Assembly: GCA_963841755.1 (NCBI GenBank)
Contig: CAWJDX010000030.1
Span: 78 to 64,077 of the forward strand
Reading direction: 5' to 3'
DNA length: 64,000 nt
Source: an uncultured Candidatus Rokubacteria bacterium
GTDB lineage: Bacteria > Methylomirabilota > Methylomirabilia > Rokubacteriales > CSP1-6
Below, piece after piece: positions 1 to 10,590 of the stretch; position 1 is the stretch's first letter, and each line of letters opens with the position of its first letter. A program made the translations under genes and the position numbers. The notes below the pieces were generated by a model that was not told the origin of the DNA, searched no databases, and was given only the letters and a program-made list of their open reading frames with translations.

Positions 1-10
1 GCGGCCGATC

Positions 11-313
11 ATGGCCCTCATGGACCTGCTCGGCCGGCGCTGGACCCTGCGGGTGATCTGGGAGCTGCGGGACGGCCGGCTCACCTTCCGGGCCCTGCAG
101 GAGGCGTGCGGTGGGCTGAGCCCCACCGTGCTGAACCAGCGGGTGCGCGAGCTGCGGGAGAGCGGTCTGCTCGAGGTGGAGGGCGCCGCGGGCTACGGGC
201 TCACGCCGCTCGGGCGCGAGCTGATCGATCAGGTGCTGCCGCTGGTCGCCTGGTCGACGCGCTGGGCCGCCGCGCTCACTCGCGGTCGAGGAACCCCTCG
301 GTCATCGCGTTGA
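11..313 (+). CDS. HxlR-family winged-helix transcriptional regulator (may start just before the window)
   Basis: LDLLGRRWTLRVIWEL...RF..LQ...LSPTVL.QR.REL...GL...YGLTPLGREL pattern typical of HxlR. Confidence 0.85.
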   Translation: MALMDLLGRRWTLRVIWELRDGRLTFRALQEACGGLSPTVLNQRVRELRESGLLEVEGAAGYGLTPLGRELIDQVLPLVAWSTRWAAALTRGRGTPRSSR

Positions 314-1001
314 TCTCGGGGATGCCGGTGCGCGCGATCGCGTTGATGCGCGCCTTCACCTCGGCCATCGGCCGGAACGGCTTCTTGGCGAGCCCCGCCG
401 CGTAGTCGGCGACCGCGGCGGCGAGCCCGGCGCCCGGCACCACCCGGTGGACGAGGCCCCACGCCTGGGCGTCGGCGGCGGAGTAGCGCGCGCAGCCCAT
501 GATGATCTCCTTGGCGCGCGCGGGCCCGACCATCCGGACGAAGCGGGTCGTGGTGCCCACCCCGAGCGGGACGCCCAGGTCCACCTCCGGGATCCAGAAC
601 TGGGCCTCGGCGGCCGCGATCCGGAAATCGCAGGCCAGGGCCAGGCCCCATCCGCCTCCCACCGCGTGTCCGTTCACCGCGGCGATGGTGGCCTGCTCGA
701 GGTTCTCGAGGACGGCGTTGGCGCGCTCGAAGAGGCGCCGGAACTGGCTCTTGCGCGAGAGGAAGAGGCGCCGCCGCTCCTCCGGGGTGGCCGCCTTGGC
801 GTGGCCCGCGTCGGCGCCGGCCGAGAAGACGGGCGGGGCGCCGGTCACGATCACCACGCGGGTCGCCGCGTCGTCGCGCAGCTCCGCGAAGGCGGCGCCC
901 AGCTCGGTGAGCATGTCGTCGCTCAGCGAGTTGCGGCGGTCGGGGCGGTTGAGCGTCACGGTGGCGATGGGGCCCGAGCGGGTCAGGAGGACGTTGGTCA
1001 C
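276..1001 (-). CDS. Enoyl-CoA hydratase/isomerase (crotonase) family protein
   Basis: TLNRPDRRNSL, FSAGAD, IAAVNGHAVGGG...ACDFRIA motifs. Confidence 0.92.
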   Translation of the reverse strand: MTNVLLTRSGPIATVTLNRPDRRNSLSDDMLTELGAAFAELRDDAATRVVIVTGAPPVFSAGADAGHAKAATPEERRRLFLSRKSQFRRLFERANAVLENLEQATIAAVNGHAVGGGWGLALACDFRIAAAEAQFWIPEVDLGVPLGVGTTTRFVRMVGPARAKEIIMGCARYSAADAQAWGLVHRVVPGAGLAAAVADYAAGLAKKPFRPMAEVKARINAIARTGIPEINAMTEGFLDRE

Positions 1002-1004
1002 GAC

Positions 1005-2515
1005 TCAGCCCTTTTCGTCGGAGAGGAGGTGGAGGCGGCCGGCGCGGATCGTGTCGGTGGAGCGGGCGAAGCCCGCGCCCGCGCGGCGGTCGGCCTCGAT
1101 CGCGGGGCGCGCGGTGTCGTCGAGGAAGCGCGCGAGCGCACCGGAGAGACGGCGCCGGACCTCGCCGTAGCCCTTGACCACGTTGCCCAGCTCCGCCACC
1201 TCGCACGCCAGGCTCTCGTCGAGGGGGGCGGCCGCGAGCACCGTCTCCTCCCAGCGGGCCATCAGGGCGAACTCCCGCTGCCGCCGCAGCGACGACGGCC
1301 GCAGCACGCGGAGCCGGGCCAGCAGCCAGACGCGCAGGAAGCCGAGCACCGTGGTGGTGCGGACGTGCTGGCCGATGGTGGGACGGCCGTCGGGCCACCG
1401 CCGCTCGGCCCAGCGGGCGATCGGGCCGCCGATGGCGGCGGGCAGGATGCCGTACAGCTCGTCGAGGTCGGGCTTGAGGTAGTCGGTGACCACCAGGACC
1501 GAGCCCTCGGGCGCCGCGTTCTCCCGGCGGATGCGCTCGAAGCGCCCGCGGCGGGTCTTGAGGTCGGCCACGCGGATCGCGTCCTCGTAGGTCATCCACA
1601 CCGCGAGCCGGCGCGCGAAGACCCGCGTGAGCCGGTCGCCCGGCGTGCGAGCGCGCGCACCCGCCGCACCCGCTCGAGGAACAGCTCCGCGTAGCGCGCG
1701 TCCTGGTAGTCCACCAGCCGCGCGAGCGCCTCGCCCAGCACCGCGTGCAGCGGCTCGGGGAGCTCGGCCTCGGCCCGGGCGGCCAGGGCCAGGAACGCGG
1801 CGCCTCGCGCGCCGAGGCCGCCCGCGCGCTCGGCCTTCACGTCCGCCCAGGGCCGATCGGGGCGCGGCGCCTCTCCGTCGCCGGGACCGGCCGCGACCAG
1901 CTCCACGCCGGCCTTGAGCCCGCGGACGTTCCGGTCCACCGCGACGCCGCCCTCGCGGATCGCGGCCTCGAAGTCGGCCGCGGTCATCGGCACGATCTCG
2001 CTGGCCGCGAGGGCGCCCAGGAGCAGCGCGTTGACCTCGGTCTGGTGCCGGCGCGCGAGGGCCAGCCCGTCGAAGCCCACGAAGCGGCGGCTCAGCGCGC
2101 GGGCCGCGGCCTCGAGCGCCTCGCGCGGGAACACCCCGTCGCCCGGCGCCGACTTCTCGGCGATCGAGAAGAGCCGGTGCGTGCTCGCGATCACGGTGGT
2201 CCGGCCGGGAGACGCGTAGTCCGTCTCGATCGTGCGTCCCGCCTCGAGCAGCTCGGAGGCGATGATCACGTCCACGTCGCCCGGCGTGGGATAGAGCGAG
2301 AACACCGGCTCGGGGCCTCCCGGCTCCGCGCGCTCGGGGAAGACCTCGACGTAGTAGGTGGTGGCGCCGGTGCGCTGGGCCACCCCCGGGATCGAGGTGG
2401 CCTGGGCCGGGTAGCCCGCGTGGGCCGCCGCTCCCACGATCCACTCGGTGAGCACGCCCCCGCCCTGCCCGCCGAGGGCGGCGATCAGGATCGAGACCGG
2501 GCGGCGAGACGCCAT
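1005..2515 (-). CDS. iorB: Indolepyruvate/aromatic 2-oxoacid:ferredoxin oxidoreductase beta subunit with C-terminal extension; frameshift near 1650
   Basis: ILIAALGGQGGGVL...PGVAQRTGATTYY at N-term; continues in ORF 1005..2444 frame (FARRLAVWMTYEDAIRVADLK...VKGYGEV); TGATG overlap with the alpha subunit. Confidence 0.8.
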
Positions 2516-4615
2516 CACGCCGGCTGCAGCCAGCCGATCACCCGGCGCCGCGCCGTCGCGAGGCCGCGGGCCCAGGCGCCCGGGTTGTGGACGACGCGCG
2601 CCTCGTAGAACGAGGGGCAGAGGACCGCGGCGTGCGCCACCTCGCCGCAGAGCCCGCAGCCGACGCAGGTCGCGTCCACGTGGGCCACCGGGTCGTCGCG
2701 CAGGGGATCCTGGCTCTCCTTGAGGGTGAGCGACGGGCAGCCGTTGAAGCGCATGCACGACTTGTCGCCGGTGCACACGTCGGGATCGACCCCGAAGCGC
2801 GGCACCTCGACGCGCCCGCCCGCCTTGAGCCGCGCCGCGGTCTCCGGCTTCACCCGCCGCTGGCGCTCGAGCTGGCACTCCGCGCGCGCGATGATCACCT
2901 TGAGCCCGCCGGTCGCGGTGGTCATCGCGTCCTTGATCACCTTCAAGGTGTCGGCGACCCGGTACGGGTTCACGGTCTTGATCCAGGACACCCCGAGGCT
3001 CCGGATGGTCTCCGAGATCGACATGGCCACCGCGTCGCCGCGGGGGTTCTTGCCCGACGACGGATTGGCCTGCTGCCCGGTGGCCGAGGTGTAGAAGTTC
3101 TCCAGCACCACCACGATCGAGTCCTGCTTGTTGAAGACCGCGTTGGCCACCCCCGCGGTGAGGCCGGAGTGCCAGAAGCCGCCGTCGCCCAGGATCGAGA
3201 TGACCCGCTTGTCGAAGTTCGGCGCCACCGCGCTCGCGGAGGCGACGCTCATGCCGTAGCCCAGGATGGTGTTGCCCTGGTTGAACGGCGGCAGGGTCGC
3301 GAAGGCGTGGCAGCCGATGTCGGCCGCCACGTGGGTCTCGCCCAGCTCCCGCTGCGCGATCTTGAGCGCGCTGAACACCGGGCGCTCCGGGCAGCCGGTG
3401 CAGAAGGCGGGCGGCCGCTTGGGCAGCGGCGTCCGCAGCTGCGCCCGCCCCTGCCCCACGTGGGCGGTGAGGGCCTGCCGCCGCCGCTCCGCGTCGCCGC
3501 CCAGGAAGCGCGCGAGGGCGCCCAGCACCACCTCGGGCACGTACTCGCCCTGCGCCGCCACCACGTCCTTGCCGTGGATGCGGGTGGTGATCCCGTGATC
3601 GTAGGCGAGCGCCTTCAGCTCCTGCTCGATGAAGCTCGGCATGCCCTCTTCCAGCACCAGCACCCGCTGCTTGCCCTCGAGGAAGGCCAGGAGCTGATCC
3701 GGCACCAGCGGGTGGATCACGTTCAGCACCAGCATCGGGATGCGGCTCTGCCCGTAGGCGTCGGCCGCGCCCAGCAGCTCGAGCGCGCGCAGCGCGGTCG
3801 GGGTGAGCCCGCCCTGCAGGATGATGCCGAGCCCCTTCTCCTCGCCGGGCCGCACCTCGTTGAGCCCGCGCTCGACGATGTAGCGCTGCGCGGCGGGGAG
3901 GCGGCGCTCGAACTTCTGGGCCTCCTGGGTGTAGGTCGACGGCGGGTGGCTCAGCCGGCGAGTAGTCGAACGAGTGGCGCTCGAGCGGGGAGTTCATGCC
4001 GACCGCCGGGCGCACGTTGTCGCGGCAGACCATGCTCCCGCGCATGTGCGCCGCCCGTATCCGCAGGCTGATGACCGTTGGAAGATTCGAGGCCTCGGAG
4101 ATGCCGAAGCCCTCCTCCACCATGCGGGCCAGGTTCTGCAGGGTCGGCTGCGGATCGATCAGGATCAGCGACGACTTGAGCGCGAAGGAGTGCGTGCGCT
4201 CCTGGATCACGCTGGCCCCCGCCCCGTAGTCCTCCCCGACCACGATGAGCGCGCCCCCGATCACCCCGGCCGAGGCCAGGTTGGAGAGCGCGTCCGCGGC
4301 CACGTTGGTGCCCACGATGGACTTCCAGGTCACCGCGCCGCGCATCGGGTAGTTGATGGACGCGCCGAGCAGGGCGGCGGCCGCCGCCTCGTTGGCCGAG
4401 GCGTCGAGATAGACGCCCATCGGCTTCAGCAGCGATTCGTTGGCGTCGGCCAGGACGTCGAGCAGGTGCGAGACCGGCGCGCCCGGGTAGCCGCCCACGT
4501 AGGAGACGCCGGCCTGCAGCAGGGCCTTGGTGATGGCCAGGATGCCCTCGCCGCGCAGCACCTGCCCCTCTCCCAGCGCCAGCTGCTTGACTTCCTCGGC
4601 GAAGGACCGTTCCAT
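2515..4615 (-). CDS. iorA: Indolepyruvate ferredoxin oxidoreductase alpha subunit (TPP, 4Fe-4S); frameshift near 3955
   Basis: GYPGAPVS, ANEAAAAA, RPPAFCTGCPERP, ADIGCH, GDGGFWHSG (TPP), C-terminal CVGCGLCGEV ferredoxin motif; split over two ORFs. Confidence 0.85.
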
Positions 4616-4653
4616 AGAACCCTCTTGTACCACAACCCTCGGGGGAGGAGCCC

Positions 4654-5469
4654 GTGGCGCACTTCACGACGAGCGACGGCGTCCGCATCTACTACGAGTC
4701 CCACGGAACCGGCGATCCGCTGTTCCTGGCCTACGGCATCGGCGGCAACGCGGGGATGTGGCAGCCCAACGTCCACGCCCTGGCCGACCGGCACCGCCTG
4801 GTGCTCTGGGAGCCCCGCGGCCACGCCCGGTCGGAGAGCCCGGCCGACCCCACCCGGGTCACCTTCGGCCACTGGGTGCTCGACCTCCGCGACCTGCTCG
4901 AGCACCTCGGGGTGACCCACGCGGTGGTGGGAGGCCTCTCGCTGGGGGGCGGCATCGCCACCCGGTTCGCCCTGGCCCACCCGGAGCGGGTGCGGGCCCT
5001 GGTGGTGGTGGACTCGTCCTCCGCGGTCGGGCTGCCGCTGTCGGTCGAGAACGTGGTGATGCGGGCCCGCTCGATCGAGGTCACGCTCAAGGGCGGCATG
5101 GACGCCATGGCCGAGTTCGCCATCGCGTCGAACCCGAACGTGGCGGGGCGGCTCAAGCTCGACCCGGGGGCCCGGCAGGAGATCTTCGACTACTACCGGA
5201 TGCTGACCCCCATCGGCTACGCCAACGCGCTGCGCGCCCTGCTCCAGATGGACTACATCACGGAGCGGCTTCCCGAGATCTCGGCGCCCACCCTCCTGGT
5301 CTGCGGCGACGAGGACCCGTCGCTCGCCCCGATGCGGGTGATGGAGAAGAAGATCAAGCAGGCGCGCTTCGTGCTGCTCTCCCCGGCCGGCCACTTCGCC
5401 AACCGGGACCAGCCGGAGGCCTTCAACCGCGCCGTGCTCGAGTTCCTGGACGAGATCGGGCCCGCGTGA
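4654..5469 (+). CDS. Alpha/beta-fold hydrolase (enol-lactonase/RutD-like)
   Basis: GLSLGG nucleophile elbow, PRGHARS, GDED, AGHFAN; GGAG RBS before GTG. Confidence 0.88.
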   Translation: MAHFTTSDGVRIYYESHGTGDPLFLAYGIGGNAGMWQPNVHALADRHRLVLWEPRGHARSESPADPTRVTFGHWVLDLRDLLEHLGVTHAVVGGLSLGGGIATRFALAHPERVRALVVVDSSSAVGLPLSVENVVMRARSIEVTLKGGMDAMAEFAIASNPNVAGRLKLDPGARQEIFDYYRMLTPIGYANALRALLQMDYITERLPEISAPTLLVCGDEDPSLAPMRVMEKKIKQARFVLLSPAGHFANRDQPEAFNRAVLEFLDEIGPA

Positions 5470-5881
5470 CGGTGACGTCCGCGCCCCGCACCCCTTCCCC
5501 GCAGTCCGGACAGTAGTAGCCGACCGAGACCGGGTGCCCGCACCCGGCGTGCACGAGCTTGGTCTGCTTGTGCACGTGGCGACCGCCCCACGCGGCGAGC
5601 GCGCCCACCACCATGCCGAGCTCGCGGCCCTTGTCGCTGAGCGCGTACTGGGCGCGCGGCGGGTGCTCCGAGTAGAACTCCCGCACGATGAGCCCGTGCT
5701 CCTCCATCAGCTTGAGGCGGGCGGAGAGGATGTTGGGGGCGATGCCGGGCAGCGTGGTCAGGAGGTCCTGGAAGCGCTGGGTGCCCCGCAGCAGGTCGCG
5801 CACCACCAGCAGGGTCCAGCGGTCCCCGATGACCTCCAGGGACTTCGCCACCGGGCAGGGCTGGTTGTAGCGCTTCGGCAT
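5423..5881 (-). CDS. HxlR-family transcriptional regulator, probably leaderless
   Basis: CPVAKSLEVIGDRWTLLVVRDL..G..RF; C-terminal H..CG....YCPDC; TATACT 6 nt upstream of ATG. Confidence 0.9.
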   Translation of the reverse strand: MPKRYNQPCPVAKSLEVIGDRWTLLVVRDLLRGTQRFQDLLTTLPGIAPNILSARLKLMEEHGLIVREFYSEHPPRAQYALSDKGRELGMVVGALAAWGGRHVHKQTKLVHAGCGHPVSVGYYCPDCGEGVRGADVTVTRARSRPGTRARRG

Positions 5882-5902
5882 GCGGTCAGTATACCGGCCC
5901 GC

Positions 5903-5941
5903 TTGACAAGGGAGCAAGTGACTATTATTTTAATAGCCACT
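5903..5941 (+). promoter_or_regulatory. sigma70 promoter (TTGACA-17-TATTTT) overlapped by an 11-bp inverted repeat operator
   Basis: AGTGACTATTA-TTT-TAATAGCCACT at 5917-5941 (10/11 match) between divergent hxlR and paaI-like genes. Confidence 0.7.
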
Positions 5942-5954
5942 GGAGGACGACACG

Positions 5955-6392
5955 ATGCCCAAGCACCTCGACATGATCCGGCAGATCCAGCGCGGCGAGG
6001 CGCCGCCCCCGCCGGTCGCCCGCCTGATCGGGTTCACCCTCACCGAGGTCGAGCCCGGCCGCGCGGTCGTCGCCCTCGAGGCGGACCGGCGCCACGCCAA
6101 CCCGATGGGCACCGTCCACGGCGGGATCCTGTGCGACATCGCGGACGCCGCGATGGGCATCGCCTACGCGGCGACCCTCGACGAGGGCGAGACCTTCACC
6201 ACGCTCGAGCTCAAGATCAACTTCCTGAAGCCGGTGCGCACCGGGCGGCTCGTGGCCACCGGCCGGGTCGTGAAGGGCGGGCACACGGTGGGCCTCGTCG
6301 AGTGCGACGTGGTGGACGACAAGGAGCGCCTGGTCGCGCGCGCCTCCAGCACCTGCATGACCCTGCGCGGCGAGCAGGCGGTGGGCCGCTAG
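5955..6392 (+). CDS. PaaI-family hotdog-fold thioesterase
   Basis: ANPMGTVHGGILCDIADAAMG, TLELKINFLKPV; GGAGG RBS. Confidence 0.92.
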   Translation: MPKHLDMIRQIQRGEAPPPPVARLIGFTLTEVEPGRAVVALEADRRHANPMGTVHGGILCDIADAAMGIAYAATLDEGETFTTLELKINFLKPVRTGRLVATGRVVKGGHTVGLVECDVVDDKERLVARASSTCMTLRGEQAVGR

Positions 6393-7789
6393 GTGAGCGC
6401 GGCCGCCGCGGCCGGGGTGGCGGTCGCCGCCGCGCCCACGCTGTCGCCCCGCACCCGCCGGCTGCTCGAGGGGCCGGTGGCCCCGACCCTGCTGCGGCTC
6501 GCCGCGCCCAACGTGCTCGTGATGGTGCTGCAGGCCGCGGTCAGCACGCTCGACGCGGTGTTCGTGGGCTGGCTCGGCTCGGACGCGCTCGCCGGGGTCT
6601 CGCTCGTCTTCCCGCTCGTCATGCTCATGCAGACGATGTCCGCGGGCGGCATGGGCGGCGGCGTGGCCTCCGCGGTGGCCCGGGCCCTCGGCGGCGGCCG
6701 CCGCGCCGAGGCCGACGCGCTGGTGGTCCACGCCCTCGTGATCGCGGTGATCATGGCCGCCGCGTTCACCCTGCTCCTCGAGCTGGGCGGCCCCGCGCTC
6801 TACCACGCGATGGGCGGCGACGGGGCGGTGCTGGCCTCGGCCACGCTCTACTCCCGGGTCCTCTTCGGCGGCGCGCTCGCCTACTGGCTCTTCAACACGC
6901 TCGGCAGCGTGATCCGCGGCACCGGCAACATGGCGCTGCCCGCGTCGGTGATGGTGGGCAGCGGGTGCCTCTACCTCGCGCTCTCCCCCGCCCTCATCCT
7001 GGGCTGGGGCCCGCTGCCGCGCCTCGGCATCGCGGGCGCGGCCGCGGCCAGCGTCACCTCGTTCAGCCTGGGCAGCCTCGCGCTGCTCGCTTCCTGCTCT
7101 CCGGACGGAGCCTGGTGCGGCCGACCTGGCGCGGCCTGCGCCTGCGGTGGCCGCTCTTCTGGGAGATCCTCCGCGTGGGCGCCCCGGGCTCGCTGAACAC
7201 GATCCTCACGAACCTGACCGTGGTGCTGCTCACCGGGCTGGTCGGGCCCTTCGGCGCCACCGCGCTGGCCGGCTACGGCCTGGGCGCGCGGCTCGAATAC
7301 CTGCAGATCCCGATCGTGTTCGGTCTGGGCTCGGGGCTCGTCACCATGGTCGGCACCAGCATGGGCGCCGGCCACCGGGCGCGGGCCCAGCGAGTGGCGT
7401 GGGTCGGCGCGGCGATGGCGGCCGGCGTCACCGGCACGATCGGGATCCTCGCCGCGCTGTTCCCGCACGTCTGGCTCGGCCTGTTCACGAGCGACCCGGA
7501 GGTCCTGGCCGCCGGGACGCGCTACCTGCGCATCGTCGGGCCCTGCTACGGCTTCTTCGGCGCCGGCCTCGCGCTGTACTTCGCCTCGCAGGGGGCGGGC
7601 CGCCTGCTGTGGCCGCTCCTCTCCGCGGTCGTCCGCCTCGCGATCGCGGCGGCGGGCGGATGGCTCGCCACCCGGTGGCTCGGGACCGGCCTCTCCGGGC
7701 TGTTCGCCGCGATGGCGGCGGCGCTGGTGGCGATGGGGATCATCAACGTCGCGGCGGTCCACTTCGGGGCGTGGCGGAGGCGTCCATGA
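6393..7789 (+). CDS. MATE-family efflux transporter; frameshift near 7092
   Basis: LLRLAAPNVLVM, VGWLGSDALAG, IRGTGNM; second half (ILRVGAPGSLNT...ARLEYLQIPIVFG) lies in ORF 5534..7789 frame. Confidence 0.85.
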
Positions 7790-8289
7790 CCACCCAGCAG
7801 ATCTTCGGCCTCCAGGTGCTGCTGAGCTTCGTCCTGTTCACGCTGGTGGCGCGGTGGTACGTGAGCCCGCGCCTCGCCGCCCTGCCGGTGGACCGCGCGC
7901 TCCAGCCCCTGCTGGTGCTCCACGCCACCCGCCACATGGGGCTCGTGTTCCTGGTGCCGACCGTGGTGGGCGGCACGCTCCCGGCGGCCTTCGCGGCCGC
8001 CGCGGCCTACGGCGATCTCCTGGCCGGCGTGCTCGCCCTGGCCGCGCTCGTGGCCCTGCGCGCTCCGCTGCCGCGCGTGGCGATGCCGCTGACCTGGCTC
8101 TTCAACGTGGCGGGCCTGCTCGACCTGGTCAACGCCTTCTACCAGGGGCTCACCCACGACGTGCAGCTCGGCGCCGCCTACTACATCCCCACCTTCATCG
8201 TGCCGGCCCTCGTGGTCACGCACGTGATGATGTTCGGCCTGCTGCTGCGGCACCCGACGTCCGCCCGCCTCGATTTGCCCGCGTCGTAG
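7786..8289 (+). CDS. Hypothetical integral membrane protein (about 5 TM)
   Basis: ATGA overlap with MATE stop; hydrophobic MTTQQIFGLQVLLSFV...AAYGDLLAG...YYIPTFIVPAL. Confidence 0.75.
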   Translation: MTTQQIFGLQVLLSFVLFTLVARWYVSPRLAALPVDRALQPLLVLHATRHMGLVFLVPTVVGGTLPAAFAAAAAYGDLLAGVLALAALVALRAPLPRVAMPLTWLFNVAGLLDLVNAFYQGLTHDVQLGAAYYIPTFIVPALVVTHVMMFGLLLRHPTSARLDLPAS

Positions 8290-8312
8290 CGGATGTGAAA
8301 CAATCGCGGGCG

Positions 8313-9509
8313 ATGAGTCGCCGCGCCCGCGCCATCCTCGCCACCGCCTGCGGGGCGCACTTCATCCACGACGGGTTCTCCGACATCCTCTACATCCTGC
8401 TGCCGGTGTGGGCCACCGAGTTCGGCCTGAGCTTCGCCCAGGTCGGGCTGCTCAAGACCCTCTACACCGGCGGGATGGCGAGCTTCCAGGTGCCGGCCGG
8501 CATCCTCGCGGAGCGCCGCGGCGAGGCGCGGCTGCTCGCGGCGGGCACCGCGGTGACCGCGCTCGGCTTCCTGGCCGCCGGGCTCACCGGCGGCTTTCTC
8601 GCCCTCCTCGTCTGCCTCGCGGTCGGCGGGCTCGGCTCGGGCTGCCAGCACCCGCTGTCGTCGTCGCTCGTGTCACGGGCCTACGAGACCGGGCCGCGGC
8701 GCACCGCGCTCGGCACCTACAATTTCTCCGGCGACCTCGGCAAGGTCGCGGTCCCGGCCGCGGTCGCGCTGGCGCTGCCGTGGCTCGGCTGGCGGCGCGC
8801 GGTGGAGGTCTACGCGGTGGTCGGCCTGCTGGCCGCCGCCGCGATTCTCGCGCTGCTCGGACGCCTGGGCGCCGGCCGCGCGGAGGCGCCGGCACCCGCG
8901 AGCGCCGCGGCCGCCCCGCGCACCGCCGGCTGGGGCATCCGCGATCCGCGCGCTTACCGCGCGCTCTCCGCGATCCACGTCATCGACAACTCGACGCGCA
9001 CCGGCTTCCTCACCTTCCTGCCCTTCCTGCTGATCGCCAAGGGCGCCACCGTGCAGTCGGTGGGGCTCGCCCTGATGCTGGTCTTCATCGGCGGCGCCAT
9101 CGGGAAGTTCGCGTGCGGGGCCCTGGCCGACCGCGTGGGCGTGATCCGCACCGTGGTCATCACCGAGGCCGCGACCGGCGTCGGCATCCTGCTGCTCCTG
9201 ACCCTGCCGCTCGGCGCCTGCCTGCTCGCGCTGCCGCCGCTCGGCATCGCGCTCAACGGGACCTCCTCGGTCCTCTACGGCACGGTGGCCGACCTGGTCT
9301 CGAGCGATCGCCGCGCGCGGAGCTACGCGATCTTCTACACGCTCGGCATCGGCGCCTCCGCGCTCTCGCCCTTCGCCTACGGCCTGCTGAGCGACTGGGG
9401 CGGGGTGCGGCTCACGCTCACCGTCGTCGGCCTCGTCGTCTTCCTCACGCTGCCGTTCACGCTGCCGCTCCGCCAGCCTTCTTCCGTCGCCGCGGCGCAC
9501 TCCGCGTAG
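8313..9509 (+). CDS. MFS transporter (Fsr-like)
   Basis: AHFIHDG..ILYILLP, GCQHPLSSSLV, GALADRVG; about 12 hydrophobic segments. Confidence 0.88.
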   Translation: MSRRARAILATACGAHFIHDGFSDILYILLPVWATEFGLSFAQVGLLKTLYTGGMASFQVPAGILAERRGEARLLAAGTAVTALGFLAAGLTGGFLALLVCLAVGGLGSGCQHPLSSSLVSRAYETGPRRTALGTYNFSGDLGKVAVPAAVALALPWLGWRRAVEVYAVVGLLAAAAILALLGRLGAGRAEAPAPASAAAAPRTAGWGIRDPRAYRALSAIHVIDNSTRTGFLTFLPFLLIAKGATVQSVGLALMLVFIGGAIGKFACGALADRVGVIRTVVITEAATGVGILLLLTLPLGACLLALPPLGIALNGTSSVLYGTVADLVSSDRRARSYAIFYTLGIGASALSPFAYGLLSDWGGVRLTLTVVGLVVFLTLPFTLPLRQPSSVAAAHSA

Positions 9510-9518
9510 GCGTCGAGA

Positions 9519-9678
9519 CACGCAGAGGGGGTGGGCGGGGGAGGGGTCGACTGACCACGGCCCGTTTCGCTCCGGCTACCTTTGGCAGGATTTCCCAACC
9601 TGGGCGGATGGCGGCTTCGGTCACGGTCGGCGGGAACGGGTCAGTTCGACCCCCTCCCCCGCCCACCTCCTCCGCGTG
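9519..9678 (+). repeat. Palindromic intergenic element, family A copy 1
   Basis: G-rich/C-rich inverted arms of about 32 bp around a 94-nt core CTGACCACGGCCCG...GGGAACGGGTCAG. Confidence 0.85.
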
Positions 9679-9777
9679 CCGCGAGCTTGATCACCACCAA
9701 GCCTTCGACTTCAGACCAATCAAAAGAGCGAGCTTCAGAAATCAGATCGGAGGGCCGAAGTGATTGTCTGAACACGG

Positions 9778-9954
9778 GCCGGCGAGGGGACGGGGGTGCG
9801 GGGGGTGGTGGGGGTCCGACTGACCCGTTCCCGCCGACCGTTACCGAAGGCTCCATCCGCCCAGGTTGGGAAATCCTGCCAAAGGTAGCCGGAGCAGAGC
9901 GGGCCGTGGTCAGCGGACCCCCACCACCCCCCGCACCCCCGTCCCCTCGCCGGC
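9778..9954 (-). repeat. Palindromic intergenic element, family A copy 2 (inverted)
   Basis: Perfect ~41-bp inverted arms; core nearly identical to the reverse complement of 9551-9644. Confidence 0.85.
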
Positions 9955-9960
9955 TCTCCC

Positions 9961-10581
9961 TCAACGCGGAACGCTCGGGACGGAGACGCGCTCGGTGACG
10001 GGAGCACGCGCCGCGCCCTGCAGCCACGTGAACGTCAGCCGCCCGTCGGGGTCGAAGTGGATCGCGGTGAGCGCAGCCCGGAGCGCGAGGCCGGGAGCCC
10101 AGTCGCGCGCGATGCGGGCGACCTCGCGCGCCGAGTAGATCTGGCGCACCGCGAGCGCGCGCCCGTCCACCTGCGCCATCAGCAGGCGGTGCGCGTCCAC
10201 CGCGAGCACGTCGGGCTGTGGCGACGAGAGGCGGCGCCGCTTGGCCTCGAAGAAGTACGAGACGTCGCCGGTCGTGCCTCCCGCGAACCGGATCTGCGCG
10301 AAGGTGGGCTCGTGCCAGATGACCTCCGGGCGCGGCAGCGTGGCGACGCCGGGCGGCGGCTCGAGCCAGACCGGCTTCTCGGGATCGCCGTAGTAGTAGC
10401 CGACCCGGCAGTCGCGGTCGGTGCGGCACCGGGAGACGAGGCCGGTGCTGGGGAAGGCGGCGCGGTAGATGCAGTGCGAGGGCTGGTCGGGTGAGCCCCC
10501 GGCGCAGTCTCCCGCGACCGGTTGCGGGGTGGCGGCGGCCGCGATCGAGAGCAGGCCCGCCAGCAGGAGCGCCGACGCCGT
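9961..10581 (-). CDS. Putative secreted hypothetical protein; apparent ACG start
   Basis: Stop-free frame from coxG TAA to 9961 with GC3-type codon usage; AAGGA-5nt-ACG then signal-peptide-like ASALLLAGLLSIAAAA. Confidence 0.6.
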   Translation of the reverse strand, partial: TASALLLAGLLSIAAAATPQPVAGDCAGGSPDQPSHCIYRAAFPSTGLVSRCRTDRDCRVGYYYGDPEKPVWLEPPPGVATLPRPEVIWHEPTFAQIRFAGGTTGDVSYFFEAKRRRLSSPQPDVLAVDAHRLLMAQVDGRALAVRQIYSAREVARIARDWAPGLALRAALTAIHFDPDGRLTFTWLQGAARAPVTERVSVPSVPR

Positions 10582-10590
10582 GGCGGTCCT

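Noticed and set aside
1592-4633. 1013-aa ORF suggesting a fused IorA-IorB
   Set aside because: The middle of the ORF is out-of-frame text created by the indel near 3955. The true alpha C-terminus stops at 2515 and overlaps the beta ATG.
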